Below, in pieces: positions 50,969 through 64,000 of a stretch of DNA of 64,000 bases; positions within the stretch are counted from its first letter, which is position 1, and the number at the start of each line of letters is the position of its first letter. The stretch lies in the NCBI GenBank assembly GCA_010093605.1, contig MU004195.1, positions 1,007,566 to 1,071,565 of the forward strand. Reading direction: 5' to 3'. The notes beneath the pieces are model-generated. The model saw only the letters and a list, made by a program, of their open reading frames with translations. It was not told the DNA's origin and did no database searches. Source of the stretch: Lophium mytilinum. Taxonomy: Eukaryota. The position numbers were made by a program, and so were the translations under genes.

Positions 50969-52860
50969 TCACGAAATACCCGCAGCCAAGCTCTTCGTCC
51001 TATAGTCCTCAAAGCTGGGGAACTGACTGGTAGCGACACCGTTCTTCCTATCTAACTCATCCTGCCACGCCTGCTCTTCCTCTTCGAAAAGGCGGTTGTA
51101 CTGCCGCTTCTCGTCGCGGCGGAAGTAGAGGGGTGGTTGTTTGAGCTGGGCGACGGGCTGGGTTATGAGGATGTGTTTTGTCGAAGAACCTGTTCGATAA
51201 CTTAATTAGAACTCCATTGAAGCAAATCAGAAACGATTGTAGTAGAGGAAACATACCTGGCGTCTCGTACATGCAATCATGCAGCAAGCGCTCTAGAACG
51301 GTCCTCAACGCTCTCGCTCCAGTTCCCATGCTCGTAGCTGACTTTGCAACCTCCCTCAAAGCACCAGAGGTGAAGCCCAGCTCTATTCCGCTCAGCTTGA
51401 ATAGCTGCTCGAATTGGCCTAGCAGGCTATTCCGCGGCTCGGTGAGTACTCTTACTAGCGATTCCTCGTCGAGCGCAGAGAGCGCGCATGAGATCGGGAT
51501 CCGGCCAATGAGTTCGGGGATCATGCCGAATTTCTGCAGATCAGAAGGTAACACAAGATCGAGCGTGTTGTAGATTCTCTTCGCGCTCTCTGATTTCCTG
51601 GTTCCTTGTGGTGTCGTAGTCTCTCGAACGAAGAACGGGAGATGCTTCTTGAACATCTCGTCTTCACCAGTCAACATAGTATCATGAGCATCCTCTTTAG
51701 TAGGAGCGCGCCGCACCTCAGCGCCGAATCCAAGCCCACCCTTAGCGACTCGATCTAATACCATTTTGTGCAGACCTCCAAAAGCCCCGGCGCAAATGAA
51801 GAGGATGTTGTCGGTCCTGATGTTGATGACCTCGCCTTTGGTCGCTGGAGGCGCAGCACTTCCATTCTGTCCGGCCCTGCCGCTGTGGTTTGCGCTCCGC
51901 TCCTGATTCACTTTGATCTGAAGTGTTGTTCCCTCGATTATCTTCAGCAGAGCTTGTTGCACGCCTTCGCCACCGACATCTTTTCCGTGATTCACTCTTG
52001 CTGCGGCAATCTTGTCAACCTCGTCGAGAACGATGATGCCACGCTCCGCGGCGGCTATGTCGAAGTTCGCGGCGGAGATGAGTCGCTGCACGCACACTTC
52101 CACATCCTCGCCAATGTATCCGGCTGATGTGAATGGCGTACAGTCGGAGATGCTCACTGGGACGTCGAGGACGCGCGCGAGAGTCTTGATCATGAGGGTC
52201 TTGCCCACGCCGGAGGGACCAAGTAAGAGGACGTTCGATTTCTCGATTGTGAGCGGGCTAGTATCGATTATGGGAGGTTCGGGAACGGGTTCCTGCTTCG
52301 GTGGAGGCGCAACTGGTTCGACGGGTTCCGGCTTGGGTGGATCCGGATGAGACGCGAATAGCGGTTTCAACGGGGCTATATGTTGCTGTCCTGGATATTC
52401 ATCTGCGTTAGGATAAGCTCGACATCACTGCATATAGTGGGTGCTCACCCTCGACTGGGTGCCGGTTCCTCCGCGCATGCTCGGCCTCCAACCTAGCTTG
52501 TTCCTCTTCGCGCCGCTGCACCTCCTGGACCCGCTGGTAGTGATTGTAGACTGCAACGCTCAGGACCTTCTTAGCCCTCTCCTGTCCCACGACGAACTGG
52601 TCCAGATGGTCTTTCAGGGCCTTGGGCGTCACCTTCGGCACCCCCGCGATGCTGGCATCTCCCAGCGGTCCACCCGTGGGCAGACCCGCCTCGTACTCTC
52701 CCGTGAAGCCCTGTCCCGAGAAGTCGGATCGTTCGAAGCGGTCTGGGCGTCTTGCGGTTGAATGTAGGGTTCGGCGCGAGGTGACGGTGGCGAGGGCGAT
52801 GTACGAGACTCGGACGTGAGGGTGCAAGGCGATGGAGAGCGACAGCGTGGGTCTCGCCAT
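50969..52860 (-). CDS. MCX1: Mitochondrial ClpX AAA+ unfoldase (3 predicted exons)
   Basis: Arg-rich presequence, [34 protein letters not shown] (Walker A), [18 protein letters not shown] (Walker B), [13 protein letters not shown]. Confidence 0.95.
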
Positions 52861-53682
52861 GATGGCGAGCTGAAGGGCCTACCCCGTGCAATTAGTAGCT
52901 GTGCGAGGTTCTATTCATTCGTGCAGGCGTTGGCAGGTCTCGAGGCGTGGCGGTGGAGCTGTTGTCGAGGGGGCCTTGGTTCACGATGTAGCTCCACGCG
53001 GGGTTAGCTCTGCGGCGCTACCGATAAGCGGGACCAAGCCGGGGGAGGGGAGAGCAGACGGGATAATCCCATGGCCACCTCTATATCGACCCGTTTCACG
53101 ATATTTATGTTCTGTCTGTTTGTTTACTCCCCTAGATATTCACTGTACTTCACAACCCACCAATGACAATCGGGCTGTATTGAACCACGGCTTCCCGTAT
53201 TTATGCACATGCCTAGCTTTAGTACTAAACGAAACTACCACTTATGCAGAATAGCTGCAGCGGCGGGCAGCAGTGAGATCATAAACATTCCGAAACTCAA
53301 CACGCGAGACGTGGAGGCAGAGCCGCTGGCAGATACAATACCACAATACCGTAGTAATAAAACAAATCGTCGCCCAACGGTGAGGTGATCCTGAGCCGGG
53401 GCTTTTTATCTCTTCTGCGCGTTGCCCCTCTCAGCGTTAAGGCCAACGTCATTGAGCAGGACCCTGGTTTGTGGTTGGGAGACGGCCACTACTCTCTTCT
53501 CCCATAGCTCCATTCTGTGCACGTCGAACCCCGCAAACTGCAGCTTCCCATCAATGCGCCTCTCCGAATCATAGTCTGACTGCCAATCGCTCCGAGACCG
53601 ACTGAAACCTGCCGCCGTCTGCGAAAACTCATAGATAGCTCGATTGTGCCGCTCCCATCACCTCACAAAATATTTTCTCGCC

Positions 53683-56121
53683 ATGGCCAACAACTCCATC
53701 ACGACAGGTGCGCCTGGAGACACGCCAAATGATGGCACCGGTATGTTCTCCGTCACCTCTTCAAGTTCACTGTCTAACATTGACAGGCTTGGTGCAACTC
53801 GACCCTTGGCTGGGACCTTTCAAGGACGCTCTCCGCAGCAGATACAGCAAAGCACAACAGTGGATCAAGACCCTTGACGAGACTGAAGGAGGCCTGGAGA
53901 AGTTCTCGAAGGTACGATTCCGTCATTCAGCCTCTGTAATCGACGAATCTAATCCGTCCGAAAGGGGTTCGAAAAGTTTGGCTTCAACGTTCGAGATAAC
54001 GGAGACGTGGTATACCGGGAATGGGCACCCAATGCTCTAAGGGCATACTTGATCGGAGATTTCAGTAAGAAAAACGACTGTGGTCTTTGAGAACACGGGC
54101 TGATGACGATCTCACCAGATAATTGGAATCGCGATGCAACACCAATGGCAAAAGACAGCTTCGGGGTCTGGGAGGTGACGATACCTGGTAAAGATGGCCA
54201 GGCTACCATTCCTCACGACTCCAAGCTCAAGGTGAGCCTAGTCAGCCTTATCGTATCATCCGCGATCAGACTAACATGAAAATTCAGATCTCGTTCGTGG
54301 TGCCTAATGATCATGCTCGGCAAGAACGAATTCCAGCCTGGATCAAGCGGGTCACACAAGATTTGAGCGTATCGCCGGTGTACGATGCGAGATTCTGGAA
54401 CCCCCCAAAAGAGCACGCATACGTCTTCAAGCACCCTAGACCTCCAAAGCCACGCAGCGCCAGAATTTACGAAGCCCATGTTGGAATTTCCTCTCCTGAC
54501 CCAAAAGTTGCAACATACAAGGAGTTCACAAGGGATGTCCTCCCGCGAATCAAGCACTTGGGATACAACACAATCCAGTTGATGGCAATCATGGAGCATG
54601 CATACTATGCCAGTTTTGGATATCAGATCAACAGTTTCTTCGCGGCGAGCAGCCGATACGGATTCCCGGACGATCTGAAGGAGCTCGTTGACACTGCACA
54701 CGGCATGGGGATCACGGTGCTGCTGGATGTTGTGCATAGCCATGCCTCCAAGAACGTTCTGGATGGCTTGAACATGTTCGACAACAGTGATCATCTGTAT
54801 TTCCATGAAGGTGCGAGAGGAAGGCATGAACTTTGGGACAGTCGGCTATTCAACTACGGCAGCCATGAAGTGCTGAGGTTCCTTCTCAGCAACCTGAGGT
54901 TCTGGATGGATGAATACAATTTCGATGGCTTCAGGTTTGATGGCGTGACGAGCATGATCTATCTCCACCACGGCATTGGAACGTAAGTAACTTTCAGATC
55001 GTTGAACTGGGTATTGCTCACATATCATAGTGGTTTCTCCGGTGGCTATCATGAGTACTTCGGCCCTGGAGTCGATGAAGAGGGCGTGGTCTATTTGATG
55101 ATAGCGAACGAGTTGCTTCACTCGCTATATCCCAATGTCATCACCATCGCCGAAGACGTTTCTGGGATGCCAGGGCTATGCAATCCGCTCTCGCTCGGTG
55201 GTGTTGGGTTTGACTACAGACTGGCCATGGCGATACCCGATCTGTACATCAAATGGCTAAAAGAGAAGCAAGACATTGACTGGGACATGGGAAATCTCTG
55301 TTTCACCTTGACCAACCGTAGACACGGCGAGAAGACGATTGCGTATGCTGAGAGTCACGATCAAGCGTACGTTTTGCTACTCTCCCGGTTGACAAGTACT
55401 TACAAATTTCAGGCTCGTCGGCGACAAATCCCTACTTATGTGGCTGTGCGACGCTCAAATTTACACCAACATGTCCGTTCTATCAGAACTTACGCCTATA
55501 ATCGACCGTGGTCTTTCGCTTCACAAGATGATTCGCCTTATTACCCACGGTCTCGGAGGGGAAGGGTACCTTAACTTCGAGGGCAACGAATTCGGGCATC
55601 CGGAATGGTTGGACTTCCCAAGAGAGGGCAACAACAACAGCTTTCACTTCGCACGCCGCCAATTCAACCTTGTAGACGACCAGATGCTACGCTACAGATT
55701 CCTCAACGAGTTCGACAGCAAAATGCAATGGACCGAGGAGAAGTACGGCTGGTTGCACTCGGACCAAGCGTATGTGAGCTTGAAGAACGAAAGCGACAAG
55801 GTCATTGTGTTCGAGCGGGCGGGCCTGCTCTGGATCTTCAACTTCCACCCATCCACAAGCTTCACAGACTACCGCGTTGGTGTGGAACAAGAGGGCACGT
55901 ATCGCATCGTGCTTACCTCGGATAGCAAGGCTTTTGGTGGGCATGGCAATATCGATGAGAGCACGCGGTTCTTCACGACGCCGTTCGGGTGGAACGGGAG
56001 GAAGAACTTCTTGCAGGTTTATGTTCCGACGAGGACAGCAGTTGTAAGTCTCTATGCATGAATGCCGAGAAAGTAATATGCTAACTACGTGCAGGTCCTT
56101 GCCTTGGAGTCCACTTTGTAA
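53683..56121 (+). CDS. GLC3: 1,4-alpha-glucan (glycogen) branching enzyme, GH13
   Basis: [76 protein letters not shown]; multiple GT-AG introns. Confidence 0.97.
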
Positions 56122-56928
56122 GCTGGACGCCGCTGTTGATGTTCTTTGGTCTTTTCAAGATGTGATGGGGATGATTTGAGAAATTGCATTGGAAAGACCA
56201 TAATAGTTTGCTTCTTTTCGACTCTTTAGACTTATGAATGAAGCCTTATTTGCTTGCTATTCACGTGATGAAATTTTCTGTGCCTAAGTGATTATGCCAA
56301 TCCAAGATTTGATACAAGACAAACCGGAAGTATGAGCACCCTTTTCATCTCAGTAGACCTCTTTGCCACTGCTTGAGGTGGCCTGACCAGTTGAACAACA
56401 GTTCAAACTTTCAGAAATGGATCCATATTAAATGTATGTGAATGTGTTAGGGCACCCCACGCGGTGGTAAACAGATGTAGAGAGTGAAGGATATCGACAC
56501 CCGCTTAAACAAACGCGACTCGGCATCAATTATGTCCCAACTCCCCCAGGGTTATAGCATTGATCTATGCACACCTTTCTGCCACTGCTGGGGGTGCTCT
56601 AACACAATTTTAGAAGTCTAGATGCTGCACAGGTTGAACGTCGTGACAGCCCGGTAACCACGCCGAGCCACCTCAAACAGCGTTGTTCAAGGGCTCAATA
56701 GGTGCTACTGTCTTGCAGCTTTCACAATCAAAGCTTTCAAAAGCTGTGACGAGCTTGAGAGGTGTCGCTCTAATGGTCTCATCTAAGCTTGGACTAGCGT
56801 CGTGCCCGGTCGTTCTTGCTTGCCCGACCTCTGCCGCGCCTGCCTTCTTCCCGAATCTCCTCGACAGCTTTTCAATCAACACCCACCCATCTCCACTCCC
56901 ACCCACACGCCTTCCGACATCTCCCACA

Positions 56929-58920
<1,992 letters not shown>

Positions 58921-61900
58921 ACGGATAACGCACGCACCGTAAAATCTATGCCACGTCCGGCTACGCCATCACAATTCGAAGCGGTCAAGGAAATCGGGGG
59001 AAGACAGCCTGCCTCTATGTGACAACACCTACTTGTACAGACTTTTCACCTAAAAATTGGGGATCCACATGGAAGGGGGGCTCGGGTTTCTTTGAGGTGG
59101 AGTGGGTTGTGGTGCCGATTGTGCGGACGGTGGTCTTGTAATCCTACTCTTAGCTTGGTGTGATTAAAGCATCTCGATTTGTCTACTCTGTCTGTCTTGT
59201 CTGTCTGGCTGTCTTGGCTTGGCTTGTTGGTTGAGATCCCTGAACCTGAGAGTACCTCTCCTCTGTTTTGTAGAAATGTTAGTGTTCCTCCTTGTGTTGA
59301 AACGCACGAAAGACTGCGTGACGGTTTTACTGTTATTACAGATTCTGAAAGAGGCAGCATGCTGTCGGTCACGTTTTCTCTCACGGCCCATGTCGGAACA
59401 ATTATTGTTCCGCTTCCGGGATTTCGACTGCTGGGGGATACAAGACCTCGCTCCGTGGGTCTGAGGAATGGGCATGGAGGTGGGAGGGGTGTGGTATCAA
59501 CAAAGAGCACAGGGTCTTCATATGGTGTGTTCAATAAAGTCACAGCGACTGTGCATGGAGAGTGGGTGGGATCAACTTCTAGTCCAGTTTGAAATCATGG
59601 GAGGAGTCGGAGAGCGTTGGTGTAAAACAGGACCACGAACTGGATGACGGGGAAACAGGGGAATCAACACCACCCCACAATCGGTCAAATGTAGCGTGAG
59701 TGTGCAAAAACACGCTCGCAGGTATTTGATGGAGGTGTTGGGGGTGTTGGAGCAGATCGAGGAAGGTGGAGAAACTCATGGGGATGGGGAGCTTCAAAGA
59801 TACTGAGGAGCTAGACAATGTTGGGTGTTGGGTGTTGGGTTTGGCGGTCTGGAAGGGGAGAGGGGTGGAGATGGTGATGAAGCCCTCCGCAAGTCTTGAT
59901 CGATGAACACAACCAAGACACCGTAAGTAACATGTCAAGTTTCCAGCTCTGTAAAGGAAAACTGCAAAAAGATAAAAAAGGTTCGCAGCAAGGTTCGAAC
60001 TCAAAAACAAAAACTTCGAAGAAGGGGAGCCACTCGCAAGCTTACTTGTCAACAACGGCCACCGCTAGTGGTAAGATGACTTTGGTCTAGTTACCACACG
60101 ACCATTGGAGCTTTTCAGAGATTGAGTGTTTGGTGCGGGCCTCGCTTGGAAGATGGAATACTGCCAGAATATTCTAGTATATAAGGCCTTTAAGTTGGTT
60201 TACTCTTAGTTCTTAAGTTATTACAGGTTATGTCGAGACCTTGGCTCAGTGTATAACGCATAATCGTCCACAACTAGGTCGCTAGGCTGATATTCGGCAT
60301 CACACGCTTTGATAGTGGTAAGCATCACCACCCGCAGCAAAACAGCTCTTCTCCCCACACTCTCCCACCCACTCCATTCGTCGTCGCCGTCGGCGTTGTT
60401 GCACACCCGTTCTCCTCAGAGTTAGGCTCTTGCAACCACAGCCGCACCATATTACCGCAATTGGGTAATATTGACACCCCCCCCGTCCTCCACATGGTCT
60501 TCTTGTCCTGCTTATTCTCAAGAGCCACCGCGCCAACCGGCCATGACAGGCGGCTCCTTCCGAATTTGAAACACACCTGCCATGGCTCGGTCCCCACCCA
60601 GTTGTTGCTCCTGGGCTCTCCTCGTCCTTGGTCGAAGGTTGGAGTGGAGAGGACTGTGGTTTTATACTGCAGGAATAGGGGTGGGGTTAGGTACACGTGG
60701 GGAGCACGTTTAATAAACAGAGGTCACGTTTGCTCCGCCTAAGTCACGCTAACTTATATGATTCTACTTTCCTACTACTCGGTGAACTTAGAACGTGATA
60801 CCAACGTGCTCCTCGCACCCGGCAGCATATTCCTCCGTAAGACCTATAAAACCTCCCCAACCATCTCCCTTCCTAGATTCTCCAACAGGTCTGTGGTATA
60901 TCTTCAACAGAAGATAACGCCGAGGATGATGGGAAGTGGGGGTGCTGGTGTGTTTAACACGTTGTGCCGATGGTCCTTATGGGAGGTGGTGTGTGAAACA
61001 AAGAGAACGCATGCTCCATGGTGTTTTGTTGGATTAACACACCTCGAGGCGTTCTACAACGGGGCGTATCAACAAGCATTCGGGCGCCAGGCTATGGGTG
61101 GTGGGGTACCGGGAGATGATGATGGTGACGGTGAGCGTTCTTGGGTTGTAATGGTGCGGGAGGGGGGTAATGTTAGAAGATTAAGATGGAAAAGGGAAAG
61201 AGGGAGGTAATGGCGCCTATTATCATGCAGTTTATGCTGACGATTAGAATTGGGAGCAGATTATGAACTCGTTTCATGAGATTGTACATCGGGATGCTGT
61301 GGTGAAGCATTGGAGGACTCGCAAAATGGTTCAAGGTAGGAAGGGCTTCGGGATGTAAAGAACGCTGCGCTGGGAAACAGGTTTCCATGCAGAGCTACGC
61401 TCGATGAGTCTGGGATCAACTCAAGGATGCGTTGTTGTTGCCAAAGAGTTGTCCTTTCTACTGCAACACGAGTGTCATTAGCTTTATAGTTTAAGAAGAG
61501 GTTTAAATTTGCCATCACCCCTCTAAGTACCTCTTACGGTACATGGAGGGGCCACTTTGGGATCAAATGTTAGGATTTCTTACAAAACTGACCGCGTGAA
61601 CAGAATTTTGTAGGCTCTAAACCTATGCGTGAAACAAAGTAGGAAAGTGTCTAAGAACTTGAATTGAACTTATATTGTGGATAAGTTTGCAATGTTTTGA
61701 CGTAACTTAGCAACTGAAATGGTTTGAATTAACGTATCTACGACCTTCATGTTAGAAAGACTTGGTTCTGACGTTGCCTGGCTATGTCATATGAGAAGGC
61801 CCACACCTATAAAGCTATTTGTAAAATAGCAGCGCGAAAGTTTTATACCGCGTCATCGACATCGAACAGGTAATCTTGGTGAGCAATAAACGTTAGTTTC

Positions 61901-62091
61901 AACGCTGTTAGAAGTGCTTCGTAGGCATACCTGACTATTCCATATAGCAGTTCAAGTAACAACGTAGTGGTCGTCACAGCAAACCCTTCGCGGCCCACGC
62001 TAACCGCACCCGAACCTCTCCGATCTCCAAGTCCAACTCACATCACCACCTCCAGCTCCCTCACCACCCACGCCCGAAGCCGCCAACAACA

Positions 62092-62632
62092 ATGGTTCTC
62101 TCCCTCCGCCCTCCCCCTTCCAGCTCTCACCCAATTGACCTCTCCCCAGTCGCAACTCCCCCCGTCGCAGTTCACCGGCCGCGGCGGCATGCAGCCGTGG
62201 TCCGTCCGCTCAAACTACCAAACCTACCGCTCACCATTCGGACCAAAGTGTGTAAACCCCAATAGACACGCCGATACATCACTACGAGAAGCACGAGCTG
62301 ACAACACCGCGTGTGCTGCAGATACAAGACCGCCTGGAACTTCCACGGCCTGACGCTCGGCCGGATGGCGCAGTTGTACGTCCACCGCCCTCACACCTCT
62401 CCCACACCTCTCTCATCCACCCAAGATCCCTTCGCAGACACGCGCGCGCATGCATCAGCTAATTTGTGGAAACAGCGGCTTCACCCTCGGCGCCTTCGGC
62501 GGCGTCGCCGGCTTCTTCGCGCTCTTCTTCTTCGGCGAGGTGCCCAAGGTGCGCAAGGATATCCTGCAGAAGGTGCCGGTGCTGGGAAGCTACTTCGTCA
62601 GGGAGATTCCGCCAGAGGACAACCCGTTTTAG
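62092..62632 (+). CDS. QCR10: Cytochrome bc1 complex subunit Qcr10 (4 predicted exons)
   Basis: Spliced product ...YRSPFGPKYKTAWNFHGLT...GAFGGVAGFFALFFFGEVPKVRKDILQKVPVLGSYFVREIPPEDNPF matches the fungal Qcr10 pattern; the start codon assignment is less certain. Confidence 0.88.
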
Positions 62633-63361
62633 ATGTGTTTGGTGCATGGATGGGCGCATGTGGAGACGCAGGGATGGGCATGTGTATCATAGAGATAGAG
62701 GGCTCGACTGCGTGTACAATATGAGAAGCGTTGCTGGAAGCCACATCTTTGGTTTAGAGTTTGAGGTGCATATGTGATGTGCGTGAAGTGACGATTCCTG
62801 AGAGGCTTTCATAAGTTGTGAGGGTGTCTAATTTCTGTGTCAATCTGGTTCGTTTTCAGTGCAAGCAGCGGGCAAGAGCATGATATGTTTGCTCGAGGGG
62901 GGCATTTATAGCTTAAGACGATTGCAATGACTAACAAACCAGGCAGAACCCCAGAGTACACGATACCAGAAGATAGGAAAGGAAAAAGAAGTAGTTGTGC
63001 TCGCTCCACGCCATTATCCGTAGCCTTTGAACAAAAAGTCAGGATAGAACCCGGCGTCCCTTGTAGTCTGTTGTGAGCAAGATTCTTCAACACTTCAACT
63101 TCCGCCTCAACTTCCCTCCCCATCTCTCTCGCACCCCACCAGAATGTTCACGCCCGATTCCTCGATCCAGCTCAGACAGAGGCTACAAGACAAACCCGCG
63201 GAAATCCAAGCTCAAAAAGGGACAACCACCATCTAGCCATGCATAGAACAATTCGAGGGAATTTGACAGACGGTGCAATCGTGGAACCCATCAGCATTAA
63301 TATACCCCGCCCAAGCAAACACCCGCGCCCGAATGTGTATATCATCCACGACAATCTCCGT

Positions 63362-64000
63362 CTAACAGCAGCCGCCCGCCGACCCGCTCTGGACGCCTTG
63401 GCCCTGGCCGATGGGGACGGTAGGCTTGTTGTTGACCGTGTTGGTGCCCATGCGCTCCTTGATCTGTCGGGCCATGGTGAGGAAAGCTTGTTCGACGTTC
63501 GTCGCGCTCTTTGCGGAGGTCTCGAGGAAGGGGATTCCGAGGCTGTCGGCGAACTCCTATAATTCATATATCAACATCTCTTCTTCAGCTATACTGTTCG
63601 CATATCCCTTCCACATACCTTTGCCACTGTGTACTCAACCACCTTCTTGTCCGCCATATCGGACTTGTTGCCAACCAGAAGCTTGTTCACGCCCTCAGTT
63701 GCGTAGCGGTCGATCTCTTGGAGCCACTGCTTCACGTTGTTGAAGGAGTCCATGTCGGTAACGTCGTAGACTACGCAGATCCCATGGGCACCGCGGTAGT
63801 ACGATGACGTGATAGTACGGAAGCGCTCTTGTCCAGCGGTATCCCACTGTACGGCCGCATGTCAGTATGCGCAGTCAGGTAGGCACGTGTAGAGGGGACT
63901 AACGATTTGTAGCTTGACAGTCTTGCCGTCGAGTTCGATAGTGCGGATTTTCTATGCTCATGTTAGCCGCATCTAGGCTGACTGGTCCGTATGCTCGTTC
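63362..64000 (-). CDS. YPT1: Rab1/Ypt1 GTPase, 5' end outside the window
   Basis: [54 protein letters not shown]-terminal GGCC prenylation signal. Confidence 0.97.

Noticed and set aside
59981..60010. tRNA / Pol III B-box (ggttcgaactc)
   Set aside because: No cloverleaf stems or A-box nearby; no tRNA or 5S gene was recognisable in the window by eye.

Overview
Filamentous ascomycete (Pezizomycotina-type) genomic DNA in two sharply divided compartments. (1) 1-~24,530 is a very AT-rich block of LTR retrotransposons destroyed by repeat-induced point mutation (RIP), with no intact ORFs. LTR pairs and 5-bp target-site duplications resolve a nest: a Ty1/Copia element hosts a minus-strand Ty3/Gypsy element (H), which hosts a same-family copy (A, TSD AGTAA) and an unrelated chromodomain Gypsy (B, TSD GAAGC). 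A itself carries a probable further insertion next to a 10-N assembly gap. (2) ~24,530-64,000 is normal-GC euchromatin with intron-containing genes: a 5'-disrupted BTB gene, an F-box gene with an in-frame duplicated C-terminal module, eIF2D, a Puf4/Mpt5-like Pumilio protein, a HeLo-like/SesA-N + ankyrin gene, SPT23/MGA2, ClpX (MCX1), glycogen branching enzyme, ATP2, QCR10 and the 3' part of YPT1. I cannot demonstrate a wholly new system from sequence alone. The strongest leads are telomere-like repeats apparently written by RIP out of an Asp-Pro coding tract, RIP-type damage to border genes, self-priming signatures in both Gypsy families, an NTPase-less NLR-like gene and an 87-bp hairpin/MITE. 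All calls are by eye; exon boundaries are predictions.
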